Source of the DNA: Hydrogenispora ethanolica
GTDB taxonomy: Bacteria > Bacillota > UBA4882 > UBA8346
Length of the DNA: 64,000 bases
Assembly: GCF_004340685.1 (NCBI RefSeq)
Contig: NZ_SLUN01000018.1
Location: 54,709 to 118,708, forward strand
Reading direction: 5' to 3'
The notes under the pieces are model-generated. The model searched no databases and was not told the origin of the DNA. It saw nothing but the letters and a program-made list of their open reading frames with translations. Every line of letters starts with the position of its first letter. Position 1 is the first letter of the stretch. Positions 29,781-40,396 of this stretch are shown here, piece after piece. Made by a program: the position numbers and the translations under genes.

Positions 29781-29911
29781 TTTTAAAAGAGCTGTGATCA
29801 GTCCGGCTACAAAAGCCGGAAGGGTCACAGCGATTGCTTCATGCAAGTGATAAAGTCGATTCAATCTTTTTGCAAGACAACTTCCGGTTCGAAAGACTTT
29901 ATCACATGGCT
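29781..29911 (-). promoter_or_regulatory. Copy A of the conserved nested-hairpin element (core 29791-29868), between the argB stop and the argD start; candidate attenuator or riboregulator
   Basis: In the minus sense there is an 11-bp perfect inverted repeat, GUGAUAAAGUC...(27 nt)...GACUUUAUCAC. It is followed by a UUGC-loop-GCAA hairpin. Then comes a terminator-like nested stem, GCUGUGA(ccCUUCCGGCU-UUUGU-AGCCGGac)UCACAGC, and then UCUUUUAAAA. The argD ATG lies 26 nt downstream. Confidence 0.55.
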
Positions 29912-30796
29912 TTACTGAACGACCATGGTTCCGATTCCCTGGTCGGTCAAGATCTCCAATAACATGGAGTGCATCAGGCGGCCGTCGATAATATGAGTCC
30001 GGTTCACGCCATGGTTTAGCGCGGTGATACAAGCCTGAACCTTCGGGATCATGCCGCCTTCGATCTGACCCCGGTTAATCATTTCATAAGCATGTTCAAC
30101 TTGCAAAGCGGAGATAAGCGAGGATTTATCCTCATAATTTTCGAAGATCCCTTCCACATCAGTCAGCATGATCAATTTTTCCGCCCGCAGCGCGGCGGCC
30201 AGTTCCCCGGCGGCCGTGTCGGCGTTGATGTTATAGCTGACCCCATCCTCACCGACGCCAATCGACGAGATGACCGGGATATAGTTATTGGCAATCAACT
30301 GGTCAATGATGGTGGTATCGATCCCGGTCACTTCCCCCACGAAGCCGACATCGGGGATTTCTCCTTGAAAATCTGCGGGCATAGTGGGCTGGGTCTTTTT
30401 CGCCCTGATTAAATTGGCATCCTGTCCGGAGAGACCGACCGCTTTCCCGCCGATCAGGTTCAACTTGGCGACGATCTCCTTATTCAGTTTGCCGACCAAC
30501 ACCATCTGCACGATCTCCATGGTCTCGGCGTCGGTAACCCGCAGGCCCTGAACAAACTGGGCTTTCTTCCCCACCCGGTTCAACATCTGGGTGATCTCCG
30601 GCCCGCCGCCGTGGATCACGACCGGATTGACCCCGAGAAACTTCATCAACACAATATCCTGCATGACGCCTTGTTTTAAGGATTCGTTGATCATGGCGTT
30701 ACCGCCATATTTGATGACAAACGTCTTACCGTAAAAAGTCCGGATATAGGGGATCGCTTCCACCAGCACCCCGGCTTTGGCAATAATCTGGTCCAT
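29912..30796 (-). CDS. argB: Acetylglutamate kinase. The start is placed at the ATG 30796, which has an AAGGAGGTG RBS.
   Basis: AAK family (IKYGGNAM...GGGPEI...). Confidence 0.88.
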   Translation of the reverse strand: MDQIIAKAGVLVEAIPYIRTFYGKTFVIKYGGNAMINESLKQGVMQDIVLMKFLGVNPVVIHGGGPEITQMLNRVGKKAQFVQGLRVTDAETMEIVQMVLVGKLNKEIVAKLNLIGGKAVGLSGQDANLIRAKKTQPTMPADFQGEIPDVGFVGEVTGIDTTIIDQLIANNYIPVISSIGVGEDGVSYNINADTAAGELAAALRAEKLIMLTDVEGIFENYEDKSSLISALQVEHAYEMINRGQIEGGMIPKVQACITALNHGVNRTHIIDGRLMHSMLLEILTDQGIGTMVVQ

Positions 30797-30897
30797 TCCG
30801 GCCACCTCCTTCTCTAAAATACAAACGTTCAAATCAACACTGCGTCGCAATCCACCGGGGCGTTCAAAAACGGATTGTGACATACATCGTCACTGTT

Positions 30898-32097
30898 TCA
30901 AGTCCGGTAACTGCCGTTGATTTTGACATAATCATAACTGAGGTCACAGGTCCAGACGCTGGCCTCAGCCGATCCGGCGCCGAGGTTGACCGTGATTAAC
31001 AGTTCGGACTGTTCAAGGACGCGTTTGGCCCGCGCTTCATCGAACACCAAACCGCAGCCATTCTCGCAGACCAGCAAGTCGCCGAGATAAATCCGGACCC
31101 GGCCGGGCTCAAAGGTCACTCCCGAATAACCGGCGGCCGCCAGGATCCGGCCCCAGTTGGCATCCTCACCGAAGAGCGCCGTCTTGACCAGGTTGGAGGT
31201 GGCGATGGATTTGGCGATGGTCACCGCTTCAGATTCGGTAGCGGCCCCGGTTACTTTGATTTCTACCAGCTTGGTAGCACCTTCGCCGTCCCGGGCCATT
31301 TGGCGCGCCAAATCCTGGCAGACCGTGATCAGACCTTCCAGGAACAACTGATATTCCGGCCCGTCGGTCTCCAGTGACGCATTACCGGCCTTGCCGTTAG
31401 CGAGGATTAACAGGCAGTCGTTGGTGCTGGTATCGCCATCCACCGTCACCCGGTTGAAAGAAAGATCGCCGGCCCGCCGCAACGCCCGTTTAAGCATCGC
31501 CGCATCGATGGCGATATCCGTAGTAACCACGCCGAGCATCGTCGCCATATTCGGATGGATCATCCCCGAACCTTTGGCCATGCCGCCGATATGGACCGTC
31601 CGGCCATCCAGTTCGAACTCCACCGCGGCCTCCTTGGGAAAGGTGTCCGTGGTCATAATCGCCTGGGCTGCAGCTCTGCCCCCTTCAGCGCTGATGAATT
31701 CCGGTCGCCCGGCCAAGGTCTGTTGAATCTTTGTCATCGGCAAGGAAACGCCGATCACTCCGGTGGAAGCCACCAGCACCGCATCGGATGGGATTCCTAA
31801 GAAGTCCGCGGCCGCCCTAGCCATTGCTTCGGCAGTCGCCGTGCCATCCGGAACACAGGCGTTGGCATTGCCGCTATTCAGGATCACTGCTTGAGCGGTA
31901 TCGTTTCGCAACTGCTGTTTCGAAAAGACGACCGGAGCCGCCTGCACCACATTGGTAGTGAAAATGCCGGCCGCCACCGCCGGAGCCTCGGAATAAACCA
32001 ACGCCAGATCCGGTTGACCATTCTTCTTAATTCCACAGGCGATCCCGCCCGCCTGAAACCCAGCCGCTACAGTCACGCCGCCAGAAATCTTTTGCAT
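30898..32097 (-). CDS. argJ: Bifunctional ornithine acetyltransferase / N-acetylglutamate synthase
   Basis: ArgJ family, including the [10 protein letters not shown] self-cleavage region. GGAGGTGG RBS. Confidence 0.9.
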   Translation of the reverse strand: MQKISGGVTVAAGFQAGGIACGIKKNGQPDLALVYSEAPAVAAGIFTTNVVQAAPVVFSKQQLRNDTAQAVILNSGNANACVPDGTATAEAMARAAADFLGIPSDAVLVASTGVIGVSLPMTKIQQTLAGRPEFISAEGGRAAAQAIMTTDTFPKEAAVEFELDGRTVHIGGMAKGSGMIHPNMATMLGVVTTDIAIDAAMLKRALRRAGDLSFNRVTVDGDTSTNDCLLILANGKAGNASLETDGPEYQLFLEGLITVCQDLARQMARDGEGATKLVEIKVTGAATESEAVTIAKSIATSNLVKTALFGEDANWGRILAAAGYSGVTFEPGRVRIYLGDLLVCENGCGLVFDEARAKRVLEQSELLITVNLGAGSAEASVWTCDLSYDYVKINGSYRT

Positions 32098-32110
32098 GAT
32101 GCCACCTCCA

Positions 32111-33151
32111 TTACGGGTACACCGGCCATTGCACCAGACTCATGGTCTCCGGGAGATCACACATGATGTTCATATTCTGGATGGCCTGGCCGGAAGCGCC
32201 CTTGATCATATTGTCAATCACTGAGACTACGATTAGTTGCCGGGTCCGCGGGTCTACCCGTACCGCAATATGGCAACAGTTTGTGCCGGTTACATTTTTC
32301 AACTCCGGCAACTGGGGTTCACGGACAATTTTGATGAACGGCTCGCCCTGGTACGCTTCGGCGAGCATCGATTCGACCTCGGCAGTGTTCATTGTTTTGG
32401 TGAGACTCAGGTGAAGCGTACTCAGAATCCCCCGCGCTACCGGAAGTAGATGCGGGGTGAACGATACCGCGACCTCTTTTCCGGCCAACCGGGAAAGCTC
32501 CTGCTCGATTTCAGGGGTATGCCGATGAGTGGCGACACCATAGGCTTTAAAGTTGCCAAACAACTCCGGGAAGTGATAAGCCACTTCCGCTTTGCGGCCG
32601 GCGCCGGAGACGCCCGATTTGGCATCAATGATAATCCGGTCGGGATCGACCACGCCTGCTTTCAGCAACGGGCACAGGGGTAAAATGACACTCGTCGGAT
32701 AGCAACCGGGATTTCCGACCACTTGGGCTTCACGGATCTCTTTGCGGTAAAGTTCCGGTAGGCCATAGGCCGCCAGCTTCGTCATTTCTCTCGCGCAATG
32801 CTCTTTTTTGTACCATGCCTCATAAATCCGGTAATCACGGAACCGGAAATCGGCCCCCAGATCGATTACTTTTTGTCCCTTCTCCAGCAACGCGGGAGCC
32901 AAAGCCATGGCCACGCCATGCGGAACGGCCAGAAAGACCAGATCGCAGCCATCCACCGCATCCGCCGAGTCGGACCCGTTGAAAACCGGTCCATTCCACC
33001 CCGTGAAGCTGGCAAAGACCTCTTCCAGTTTCTTCCCTTCATGCGTCCGGGAGGTAATGGCGGCGACTTCCACCTTCGGATGCTGCGCCAGAATCCGAAG
33101 CAACTCACCTCCGGTATAACCGGACGCTCCGATAATTCCTACTTTAATCAT
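32111..33151 (-). CDS. argC: N-acetyl-gamma-glutamyl-phosphate reductase. The start is placed at the ATG 33151; the track start at 33175 is TTG.
   Basis: MIKVGIIGASGYTGGELLR Rossmann motif; ArgC family. Confidence 0.88.
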   Translation of the reverse strand: MIKVGIIGASGYTGGELLRILAQHPKVEVAAITSRTHEGKKLEEVFASFTGWNGPVFNGSDSADAVDGCDLVFLAVPHGVAMALAPALLEKGQKVIDLGADFRFRDYRIYEAWYKKEHCAREMTKLAAYGLPELYRKEIREAQVVGNPGCYPTSVILPLCPLLKAGVVDPDRIIIDAKSGVSGAGRKAEVAYHFPELFGNFKAYGVATHRHTPEIEQELSRLAGKEVAVSFTPHLLPVARGILSTLHLSLTKTMNTAEVESMLAEAYQGEPFIKIVREPQLPELKNVTGTNCCHIAVRVDPRTRQLIVVSVIDNMIKGASGQAIQNMNIMCDLPETMSLVQWPVYP

Positions 33152-33450
33152 TTCGCTCGACCTCTTCTGGTTCAAATTACCAGGCTTTATTTAATAATTA
33201 TACATAGGATGCGAATAACACGCAAGCCAATATCCAATAATATTTCTTAAATATTGGTGAACCAGATTTAATGGTAATGTATAATTATACTTAAAGTCTG
33301 ATTTTTAATCCCCGATAAGAATATATTTTGAAATTGTCGCAGTGATTATGTGGAATCTACGATAGATATTGCCAAAGGAGGTAATGAAACGACATCCTCC
33401 TTCCCACATGGAAAGGAGGATGTCGTTTCATTTGGATGAATGGCAGCTTG

Positions 33451-34644
33451 TTATTTCCCCAATGCCTTTTTGAACTCTTTATTCAATAAAGGCAGGATCT
33501 CCAGAACATCCCCGACAATCCCGAAAGTCGCGATCTTAAAGATGGGGGCATCCGGGTTTTTATTAATGGCAATAATGATATCCGATGATTGCATGCCGGC
33601 CATATGCTGAATGGCGCCATGAATACCACATGCAAAATAGACCTTGGGACCTACGGTCTTGCCGGTCTGGCCGACCTGATGCGAATAAGGAACCCATCCC
33701 GCATCCACTGCCGCCCGCGAAGCACCCACCGCCGCACCCAGCGTTTCCGCCAGTTCCTCCACAAGTGCAAAATTTTTGGGATCGCATAATCCCCGGCCGC
33801 CGGAGACGATGATATTGGCCTCTTCCAGGTTGACCGCAGGCCCAACCTCATTGACGACTTCCAGGATTTTCGCCCGAACATCCCAAACATTGTGAGAGAG
33901 ATCAACGGACACGACCTCGCCGGTTCTTGCCGAGGCGGCCGGCAGCGGTTTGAAGACCTTCGGCCGGACGGTCGCCATCTGCGGCCGATGATTCGGACAG
34001 AGAATCGTAGCCATCAGATTGCCGCCAAAAGCCGGCCGGGTCTGTAACAGATTCTTTTCGGCAACATCCACTTCCAAACCAGTACAATCCGCGGTCAAAC
34101 CAGTACCCAACCGGGCTGCCACTTTCGGAGCTAACGAACGGCCGGTCGCTGTCGCTCCCATCAAAATAATATTCGGTCGCTCTTGACGGGCAAGATCGAC
34201 GATTACCTGCGCATAGGGATCTTCGAGAAAACTCTCTAGTTCCGGCGCTTCAGCCAGCAGAACTTTATCGGCACCCTGGGCGATCAGTTGTTGCGCTATC
34301 CCGGCGACCTCTTTGCCGAGCAGCAAAGCAACCAGCGGTTCGCCAAGCTGATCCGCAAGTTTCCGCCCTTCGCCCAAGAGCTCAAAGGCCACATTCGCCA
34401 ACTTGCCCTGGCGTTGTTCCGCAAAAACCCACACCCCGCGGTAGAGCGTCTTATCAATCGTGATCTCCTGCTCGCGCTGGATTTCGATGGCTTGAAACTT
34501 GCAAGCCGAGACGCATGAACCGCAAAAATTACAGCCATCTTTGATGACCGCTTTTTTGTCAACGAGCTCAATGATGCCAAAAGGGCAGCTGGATATGCAG
34601 ATTTTACAGCCCAAACATTTATCGACATGAACTTTGATACCCAT
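33451..34644 (-). CDS. etfA: Electron transfer flavoprotein alpha subunit with an N-terminal 2x[4Fe-4S] ferredoxin domain
   Basis: CLGCKICISSCPF...CNFCGSCVSACKF ferredoxin motifs followed by the EtfA FAD-binding domain. Confidence 0.88.
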   Translation of the reverse strand: MGIKVHVDKCLGCKICISSCPFGIIELVDKKAVIKDGCNFCGSCVSACKFQAIEIQREQEITIDKTLYRGVWVFAEQRQGKLANVAFELLGEGRKLADQLGEPLVALLLGKEVAGIAQQLIAQGADKVLLAEAPELESFLEDPYAQVIVDLARQERPNIILMGATATGRSLAPKVAARLGTGLTADCTGLEVDVAEKNLLQTRPAFGGNLMATILCPNHRPQMATVRPKVFKPLPAASARTGEVVSVDLSHNVWDVRAKILEVVNEVGPAVNLEEANIIVSGGRGLCDPKNFALVEELAETLGAAVGASRAAVDAGWVPYSHQVGQTGKTVGPKVYFACGIHGAIQHMAGMQSSDIIIAINKNPDAPIFKIATFGIVGDVLEILPLLNKEFKKALGK

Positions 34645-34691
34645 GATAATCCTCCTATCCGATTTCGTAAAAAAGGAGCGACTGCGGCGGA

Positions 34692-35480
34692 TCAGACTAT
34701 CTTCCTGCCGACGATGGCATCAACCAAAGCTTGAACCTGCTCCTCGGGAGTACCTTCAAAGACTTGCCCCTGGCATTTGAGCTCGGGAATGAAAATCCGT
34801 TTTACCCACGTAGGCGAGCCTTTCAACCCAATCTTGGCTGGATCGGCATCGATCATTGCCGCAGTCCAAGTGGTAATCACTGCTTTCTTGGCGCGCATCA
34901 TCCCTTTGAGGGACGGCAGCCGGGGTTCATTGATCTCCTTTACCACGGTGATCAATGCTGGCAAAGGGATCTGAACCCGCTCATAACCTTCTTCATTCAT
35001 CCGCTCGGCGATCAAATGGTCAGCCGCGATCTCATTCACTTTTTTGACATAGGTTAGATGGGGGATGCCCAAATTTTCAGCGATTTCCGGACCGACTTGG
35101 GCGGTGTCGCCATCAATGGCTTGCTTGCCGCATAGAATCAATCCGACCTCTCCGATCTTGGCAATCCCTTTGGCTAAGGCATGAGCCGTGGCGAGCGTGT
35201 CCGAACCGGCAAAAGCCCGATCCGACAACAGAATTGCATCATCGGCTCCCATGCCGATTAACTCCCGTAATGATTCGGCGGCTTGTGGGGGACCCATCGA
35301 TAATACGGTGACCGTCCCGCCTAGTTTCTCTTTGATTCGGATGGCTTCTTCCACAGCGTACATATCAAACGGATTGATAATGCTGGCGACTCCCTCCCGA
35401 ACCAAAGTATTCGTTTCGGGATTAATCTTGACTTCGGTGGTTTCCGGAACCTGTTTGACACAAACGACAATCTTCACCAA
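34692..35480 (-). CDS. etfB: Electron transfer flavoprotein beta subunit
   Basis: MVKIVVCVKQVPETTEVKINPETNTLVREG is an EtfB hallmark. Confidence 0.9.
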   Translation of the reverse strand: MVKIVVCVKQVPETTEVKINPETNTLVREGVASIINPFDMYAVEEAIRIKEKLGGTVTVLSMGPPQAAESLRELIGMGADDAILLSDRAFAGSDTLATAHALAKGIAKIGEVGLILCGKQAIDGDTAQVGPEIAENLGIPHLTYVKKVNEIAADHLIAERMNEEGYERVQIPLPALITVVKEINEPRLPSLKGMMRAKKAVITTWTAAMIDADPAKIGLKGSPTWVKRIFIPELKCQGQVFEGTPEEQVQALVDAIVGRKIV

Positions 35481-35522
35481 TATCTCCTCCTTATGACGGC
35501 AGGAAAAATAAATCCCCGACCT

Positions 35523-35548
35523 AAAAAAGCGCCCCCGCGGGCGCTTGA
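35523..35548 (-). terminator. GC-rich hairpin plus T6 immediately after the acd stop; candidate terminator or partial attenuator before etfBA
   Basis: Minus strand AAGCGCCC-gcgg-GGGCGCTT followed by TTTTTT, 10 nt after the acyl-CoA dehydrogenase stop. Confidence 0.55.
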
Positions 35549-35555
35549 TAAAGGC

Positions 35556-36713
35556 TTATTTTGAAGCGTATTCCTTAATCAGTTCCAGGGCGATGATGTT
35601 GCGCTGAATCTGGTTGGTCCCTTCGTAAATCTGGGTAATTTTAGCGTCGCGCATCATTTTTTCAACCGGATACTCTTTCATATAACCATACCCGCCTAAA
35701 ACCTGAACGGCATCGACCGTAACCTTCATGGCGACGTCAGAGGCGAATAGTTTGGCCATGGCCGATTCCTTGGAGAAGTTCTTGGCGCCGGCATCAATCA
35801 TCCGCGCAGTGGCATAAACCAGTGCCCGGGCCGCTTCCAACTGAGTGGCCATGTCCGCCAGCATATGTTGGATTGCTTGAAAGGACGAGATGGGTTGTCC
35901 GAATTGAACCCGTTGTTTGGCGTATTTGACCGCTGCGTCCAACGCTCCCTGGGCAATACCGATGGCTTGGGCGCCGATCCCGGGCCGGGTCCGGTCAAAC
36001 GTACGCATGGTGGCAATGAAGCCAATGCCTTCTTTCCCTCCGAGCAAATTCTCTTTGGGGATTCGGCAATTGTCGAAGATCAGTTCGCGAGTAGCCGAAG
36101 CGCGGATACCCATCTTATTCTCTTTTTTCCCGAACGAGAAACCGGGAGTCCCTTTTTCGACGATAAAGGCGCTGATGCCGCGAGGCCCTTTCTGTTTATT
36201 GGTCACCGCCATCACAGTATAGATTTCGGCTTCCCCGCCATTGGTGATCCACTGTTTCGTTCCATTTAAGACATATTCGTTGCCATCGAGCACTGCCGTG
36301 GTTTCCATGGCGGCCGGGTCGCTACCGGCATTCGCCTCCGTAGCGCCAAAGGCGGCTAACTTTTTCCCGGAGGCAATCAAAGGGAGGTATTTCTTTTTCT
36401 GCTCGTCTGTACCCAGGACCAGAATGGGCATGCAACCCAGTCCCGAGGCGGCATAGCTGACCGCCACACCGCTGCAAGCCCGCGAAAGCTCTTCCACCAC
36501 CAGGCATTGCTCGAAAACTCCGCCACCCAGTCCGCCGTATTCTTCCGGCAGATAGACTCCGAACAAATCCGCTTCCGCAATAATCTTCATCAGATCCCAG
36601 GGAAACTCTCCGGTCTCATCCAATTCCAACGCCCGCGGCGCGATTTTCTCAACCGCGATTCGTCGCGCTAAATCTCGAATCATCTCTTGTTCTTCAGTCA
36701 GAAAGTAATCCAA
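35556..36713 (-). CDS. Acyl-CoA (butyryl-CoA-type) dehydrogenase. The start is probably the TTG at 36713, which has a GGAGAGGTGA RBS; the ORF track extends to 36773.
   Basis: ACAD family (…YLTEEQEMIRDLARR…, with the C-terminal QIYEGTNQIQRNIIA). Confidence 0.85.
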   Translation of the reverse strand: MDYFLTEEQEMIRDLARRIAVEKIAPRALELDETGEFPWDLMKIIAEADLFGVYLPEEYGGLGGGVFEQCLVVEELSRACSGVAVSYAASGLGCMPILVLGTDEQKKKYLPLIASGKKLAAFGATEANAGSDPAAMETTAVLDGNEYVLNGTKQWITNGGEAEIYTVMAVTNKQKGPRGISAFIVEKGTPGFSFGKKENKMGIRASATRELIFDNCRIPKENLLGGKEGIGFIATMRTFDRTRPGIGAQAIGIAQGALDAAVKYAKQRVQFGQPISSFQAIQHMLADMATQLEAARALVYATARMIDAGAKNFSKESAMAKLFASDVAMKVTVDAVQVLGGYGYMKEYPVEKMMRDAKITQIYEGTNQIQRNIIALELIKEYASK

Positions 36714-36888
36714 ACCGGTCACCTCTCCGTTATGTTTTGTAAAATTTACGATATTATTGAATAAAAATTGCAAATTAGTTTCAGTCTAACATACCCGTTG
36801 AAACCTTGTCAAGCCGCCGCGCTGGCGCGGTTTGCGGAGGTCATCCCTCCATAACCGACCCTCATTCCGGATACCTGGTAAATAATTA

Positions 36889-37812
36889 CTATACTCGAAT
36901 CCGGCTCTCCCAAAGTTTGTGCATCCATAACCATTGTTCCGGATAATGCGTCACGACTTCTTGTACCATCCCGATATAGTAAGCGGTGTTGGCGACCAGA
37001 TCCTCGGCATAGTCTCCAGTCTTGGAGAGTTCAATCTCTTCCGATATGACCACGCGATAGCGGTTTCCTTCCTCCCGTACCAAGTAAGCGAAGATGACCG
37101 GCGCCCCGGTTTTGAGTGCAAATTCGGCCGCACCGGGCGGTAACGATGCAGTCCTGCCAAAAACTTGGACCCGAACCCCTCTTTGGCCGGCCTGCGATTG
37201 ATCAATGAGGAACGGCACGATTTCATTATTGCGAAGTGCCAACACTATCTGGCGTAAAAACCTTTCTCGCGGAACCACTTTTATCCCTGCGGATTGGCGT
37301 TTCGCCTGGATAACCCGGTCCACCAAGGGATTAGTTTGCGTTTTTACCAGCGGAGTCAAGGGATACCCCAGGGCCGAGAGGGCCAAACCGAGCAATTCCC
37401 AGTTGCCAAGATGCGCCACGATCAAAATGGCTCCTTTTCTCTGTGCCAGCACTTGTCGGAGATTGGCTTCGCCGCTGATCGTCACCCGCTTTCGCAAGGC
37501 GTCAAAACCCCGGGAATAAAAGTAAAAGAATTCGCTACCCACCTGCCCGATATTTTCCCACACTTTACAGGCCAATTCGTTTACATTGATCCCGGTCAGA
37601 AACCCTTGACCCTGCGCTTCGCGAATATTCTCAATCGTCAATTGACGTCTGGAGGTGAGAACTTGGTATGCCATTTTTCCGAGCTGTTTACCCACCCAGC
37701 AACTCCAGGAGAACGGCATGATCCTGGTGAACCAAAGAAAAGCTTGTAAAGCGAAGAATTCCAGCCAATTCTTTAAATCCCTGTTCTTTTTCGGCATATT
37801 ATTTTTCCTCAC
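36889..37812 (-). CDS. Lipid A biosynthesis lauroyl/myristoyl acyltransferase (LpxL/HtrB family)
   Basis: HLGNWELLG catalytic HX4-type motif region of the LpxL/LpxM acyltransferases. Confidence 0.7.
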   Translation of the reverse strand: MRKNNMPKKNRDLKNWLEFFALQAFLWFTRIMPFSWSCWVGKQLGKMAYQVLTSRRQLTIENIREAQGQGFLTGINVNELACKVWENIGQVGSEFFYFYSRGFDALRKRVTISGEANLRQVLAQRKGAILIVAHLGNWELLGLALSALGYPLTPLVKTQTNPLVDRVIQAKRQSAGIKVVPRERFLRQIVLALRNNEIVPFLIDQSQAGQRGVRVQVFGRTASLPPGAAEFALKTGAPVIFAYLVREEGNRYRVVISEEIELSKTGDYAEDLVANTAYYIGMVQEVVTHYPEQWLWMHKLWESRIRV

Positions 37813-38825
37813 GGCTTCATTCCGGTTAATCCTTTAATGATGTCGTGCAAGTGGATAATTCCGATCGCCACACCCTCTGTATCGATGACTGGCAGGACCG
37901 TAATGTTTTTGGCCTCCATTACATGCATCGCCTCTGCGGCCAACTTCTCCGGTCCGATGGAACGCGGATTTCTGGTCATCACCCGTTCAACTGGCAGGGT
38001 CAATGGATTGTCATGATTCTTCAATATCCGGCGCAAATCGCCATCAGTAATGATCCCGGCCAATCTTCCCCGTTCCCCGACGATCACCGCCGCGCCGTGG
38101 TTACCGTGGGAAGTCATGACGATGACGGCGTCCTTCACGGTTTTATCGAGCGGAATGACCGGATTCATCTCGCCGGTATGCATCAGCTTATCCACTGTCA
38201 GCAAGAGTTTCCGGCCCAGTGAACCGCCAGGATGATACAGCGCGAAATCCTCCGGTGTAAAATTGCGGGTCTTCAGCAACACCACTGCCAATGCATCCCC
38301 CAATGCCAGGGTTGCCGTAGTGCTGGCGGTAGGAGCCAAACCGAGCGGGCAGGCCTCTTTTTCAACTTGCACCATGAGTACCAGATCGCTGTTTTGCGCA
38401 AGGGAAGAGTCCCGATTCCCTGTTATGCTGATGATGGGAGTCCCGATAATTTTTAAGGTCGGCAGGATCGCCAGCACCTCATCCACCTCTCCGCTACTGG
38501 AGATGGCAATAACGATATCGCTTGGCGTGACCATCCCCAAATCCCCGTGGACTGCTTCACCGGGATGCAGAAAAAATGATGGCGTCCCCGTGCTGGCAAG
38601 GGTCGCGGCAATTTTTCGTCCAATCAGCCCGGATTTCCCCATTCCGGTGACCACGATCCGTCCGCTGCAATTCAGGATCAATTCCACTGCTCGGGCAAAA
38701 CTATCGTCCAATTCCTCGGCAATCGTCTTGACTGCTTCGGCCTCAATTCGTAATACTTCTTTGGCCTGTTCGAGGTATCCTGTTACGCAGCGGGATTCGG
38801 TAAGTTCTTTCATCTCTCGGATCAT
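37809..38825 (-). CDS. kdsD: Arabinose-5-phosphate isomerase (SIS + tandem CBS)
   Basis: SIS domain ([11 protein letters not shown]) plus two CBS domains; overlaps kdsA by 4 nt. Confidence 0.85.
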   Translation of the reverse strand: MIREMKELTESRCVTGYLEQAKEVLRIEAEAVKTIAEELDDSFARAVELILNCSGRIVVTGMGKSGLIGRKIAATLASTGTPSFFLHPGEAVHGDLGMVTPSDIVIAISSSGEVDEVLAILPTLKIIGTPIISITGNRDSSLAQNSDLVLMVQVEKEACPLGLAPTASTTATLALGDALAVVLLKTRNFTPEDFALYHPGGSLGRKLLLTVDKLMHTGEMNPVIPLDKTVKDAVIVMTSHGNHGAAVIVGERGRLAGIITDGDLRRILKNHDNPLTLPVERVMTRNPRSIGPEKLAAEAMHVMEAKNITVLPVIDTEGVAIGIIHLHDIIKGLTGMKP

Positions 38826-39634
38826 AGCTCATCCTTTACGATTGCATCAATTTTTAGGCAGGTTCGCAGCAAGGCTTCTAATTTCGATAACTCGACCATG
38901 TTGGGTCCATCGGATTTCGCACAGTCGGGATTGTCATGGACTTCCAGGAAGAGCCCGTCCACCCCGGTAGCGACCGCAGCGCGGCAAAGATACGGAACCA
39001 TCCGGCGATCCCCGCCGGTGGCTTTGCCCAGCCCGCCCGGTTCCTGAACGCTATGGGTTCCATCAAAAACCACAGGGACACCCAACGAGCGCATCAACGG
39101 CAAGGCGCGCATGTCCACCACCAGCCGATTATAACCGAAGGAAACGCCCCGTTCAGTCAATATGACCTGCTGATTTCCGGTATAACGAACTTTTTCGATG
39201 GCATTCTTCATGTCCTGGGGAGCACTGAATTGTGCTTTCTTAATGTTAATAATCCGTCCCGTCTGAGCGGCCGCCACGATTAAATCGGTCTGGCGCGAGA
39301 GAAAAGCCGGGATCTGAATGATATCGAGGACTTCAGCCGCCTTCTCAACTTGGCTCACTTCATGAATGTCCGAGAGGATGGGCAGTCCCAGTTCAGTTTT
39401 GATCGTTTTTAATATCGCGAGGCCACGCTCCAGCCCCGGACCGCGAAACGAATCCACCGCCGTTCGATTGGCTTTGTCAAAAGAAGCCTTGAATACGAAG
39501 CGGATGCCAACCGCTGCGGCAATCTTCTGCAATTCCACAGCCATCCCCATGGCATGCTCTTCCGATTCGATCACGCAAGGACCGGCTATCAAAAAGAATT
39601 GTTTCGATAATAAGTTTTCCAGCGTTGCAAACAC
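38822..39634 (-). CDS. kdsA: 3-deoxy-8-phosphooctulonate synthase
   Basis: KdsA/DAHP synthase I family over its full length. Confidence 0.88.
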   Translation of the reverse strand: MFATLENLLSKQFFLIAGPCVIESEEHAMGMAVELQKIAAAVGIRFVFKASFDKANRTAVDSFRGPGLERGLAILKTIKTELGLPILSDIHEVSQVEKAAEVLDIIQIPAFLSRQTDLIVAAAQTGRIINIKKAQFSAPQDMKNAIEKVRYTGNQQVILTERGVSFGYNRLVVDMRALPLMRSLGVPVVFDGTHSVQEPGGLGKATGGDRRMVPYLCRAAVATGVDGLFLEVHDNPDCAKSDGPNMVELSKLEALLRTCLKIDAIVKDEL

Positions 39635-39650
39635 GAGGGTTCCTCCCGCA

Positions 39651-40391
39651 TCAAATAATCTTTTGTTCCAGTATCGCCCGGACCCGCTCCAGATCGGCGG
39701 GAGTGTCGACCCCTACCGAATCTTGGGCCACTTCCACGACTTTAATTCGATATCCGTAGGATAAAACCCGCAATTGCTCCAACGATTCAGTCAATTCGAT
39801 GGTAGTCTGCGGCAATTCGACGTATTTTAACAGGAACTCGCGGCGATAACCGTACAGCCCGACATGTTTCCAGTATTGAGCCATCTCGGCTTTACGGGGA
39901 TAAGGAATCGGCGAACGTGAAAAATAAAGCGCATATCCCTCTTCATCTGTAACGACTTTAACCACCGAAGGTTCCTCAATCTGCGCCGGTTCGGTCAAAC
40001 GAACCTTGGCGGTGGACATCGGCAGGGTCATGTCAGCGACCAGCGGCTGGATGATTGAATCAATGACTTCGCCGCGGATTAACGGTTCATCGCCCTGAAT
40101 ATTGATGATTAGATCCGCATCATGCCTGCGCGCAACCTCCGCCAGCCGGTCGGTTCCGGTTGGATGGTCCGCCGCGGTTAACTCCACCGTTCCCCCAAAT
40201 TGCCGTACCGCATCGCAGATTCGCTGGTCATCGGTGGCGACCAGTACTTCATCGAGAAGCGAAGCGGTCTTCGCGCTCTCATACACCCATTGAATCATGG
40301 GCTTTCCCACAATATCCAATAACGGTTTGCCCGGCAACCGGGTTGATTGATATCGGGCCGGTATTACCCCTAAAACTTTCATGAGTCCCAA
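39651..40391 (-). CDS. kdsB: 3-deoxy-manno-octulosonate cytidylyltransferase (CMP-Kdo synthetase)
   Basis: [17 protein letters not shown] nucleotidyltransferase motif. Confidence 0.88.
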   Translation of the reverse strand: MGLMKVLGVIPARYQSTRLPGKPLLDIVGKPMIQWVYESAKTASLLDEVLVATDDQRICDAVRQFGGTVELTAADHPTGTDRLAEVARRHDADLIINIQGDEPLIRGEVIDSIIQPLVADMTLPMSTAKVRLTEPAQIEEPSVVKVVTDEEGYALYFSRSPIPYPRKAEMAQYWKHVGLYGYRREFLLKYVELPQTTIELTESLEQLRVLSYGYRIKVVEVAQDSVGVDTPADLERVRAILEQKII

Positions 40392-40396
40392 CCTTT

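Noticed and set aside
29781-29911. T-box leader or ARG-box (ArgR/AhrC operator) interpretation of the arg-locus element
   Set aside because: There is no T-box consensus AGGGUGGNACCGCG and no specifier-loop architecture. There is no convincing 18-bp ARG-box palindrome. Compensatory stem changes favour an RNA structure of an unrecognised class.
36737-36751. Rex operator upstream of acd
   Set aside because: The near-palindrome TTGTAAA-A-TTTACGA has 7-1-7 geometry. Rex boxes (TTGTGAA-N4-TTCACAA) are 7-4-7, and the right half does not match.
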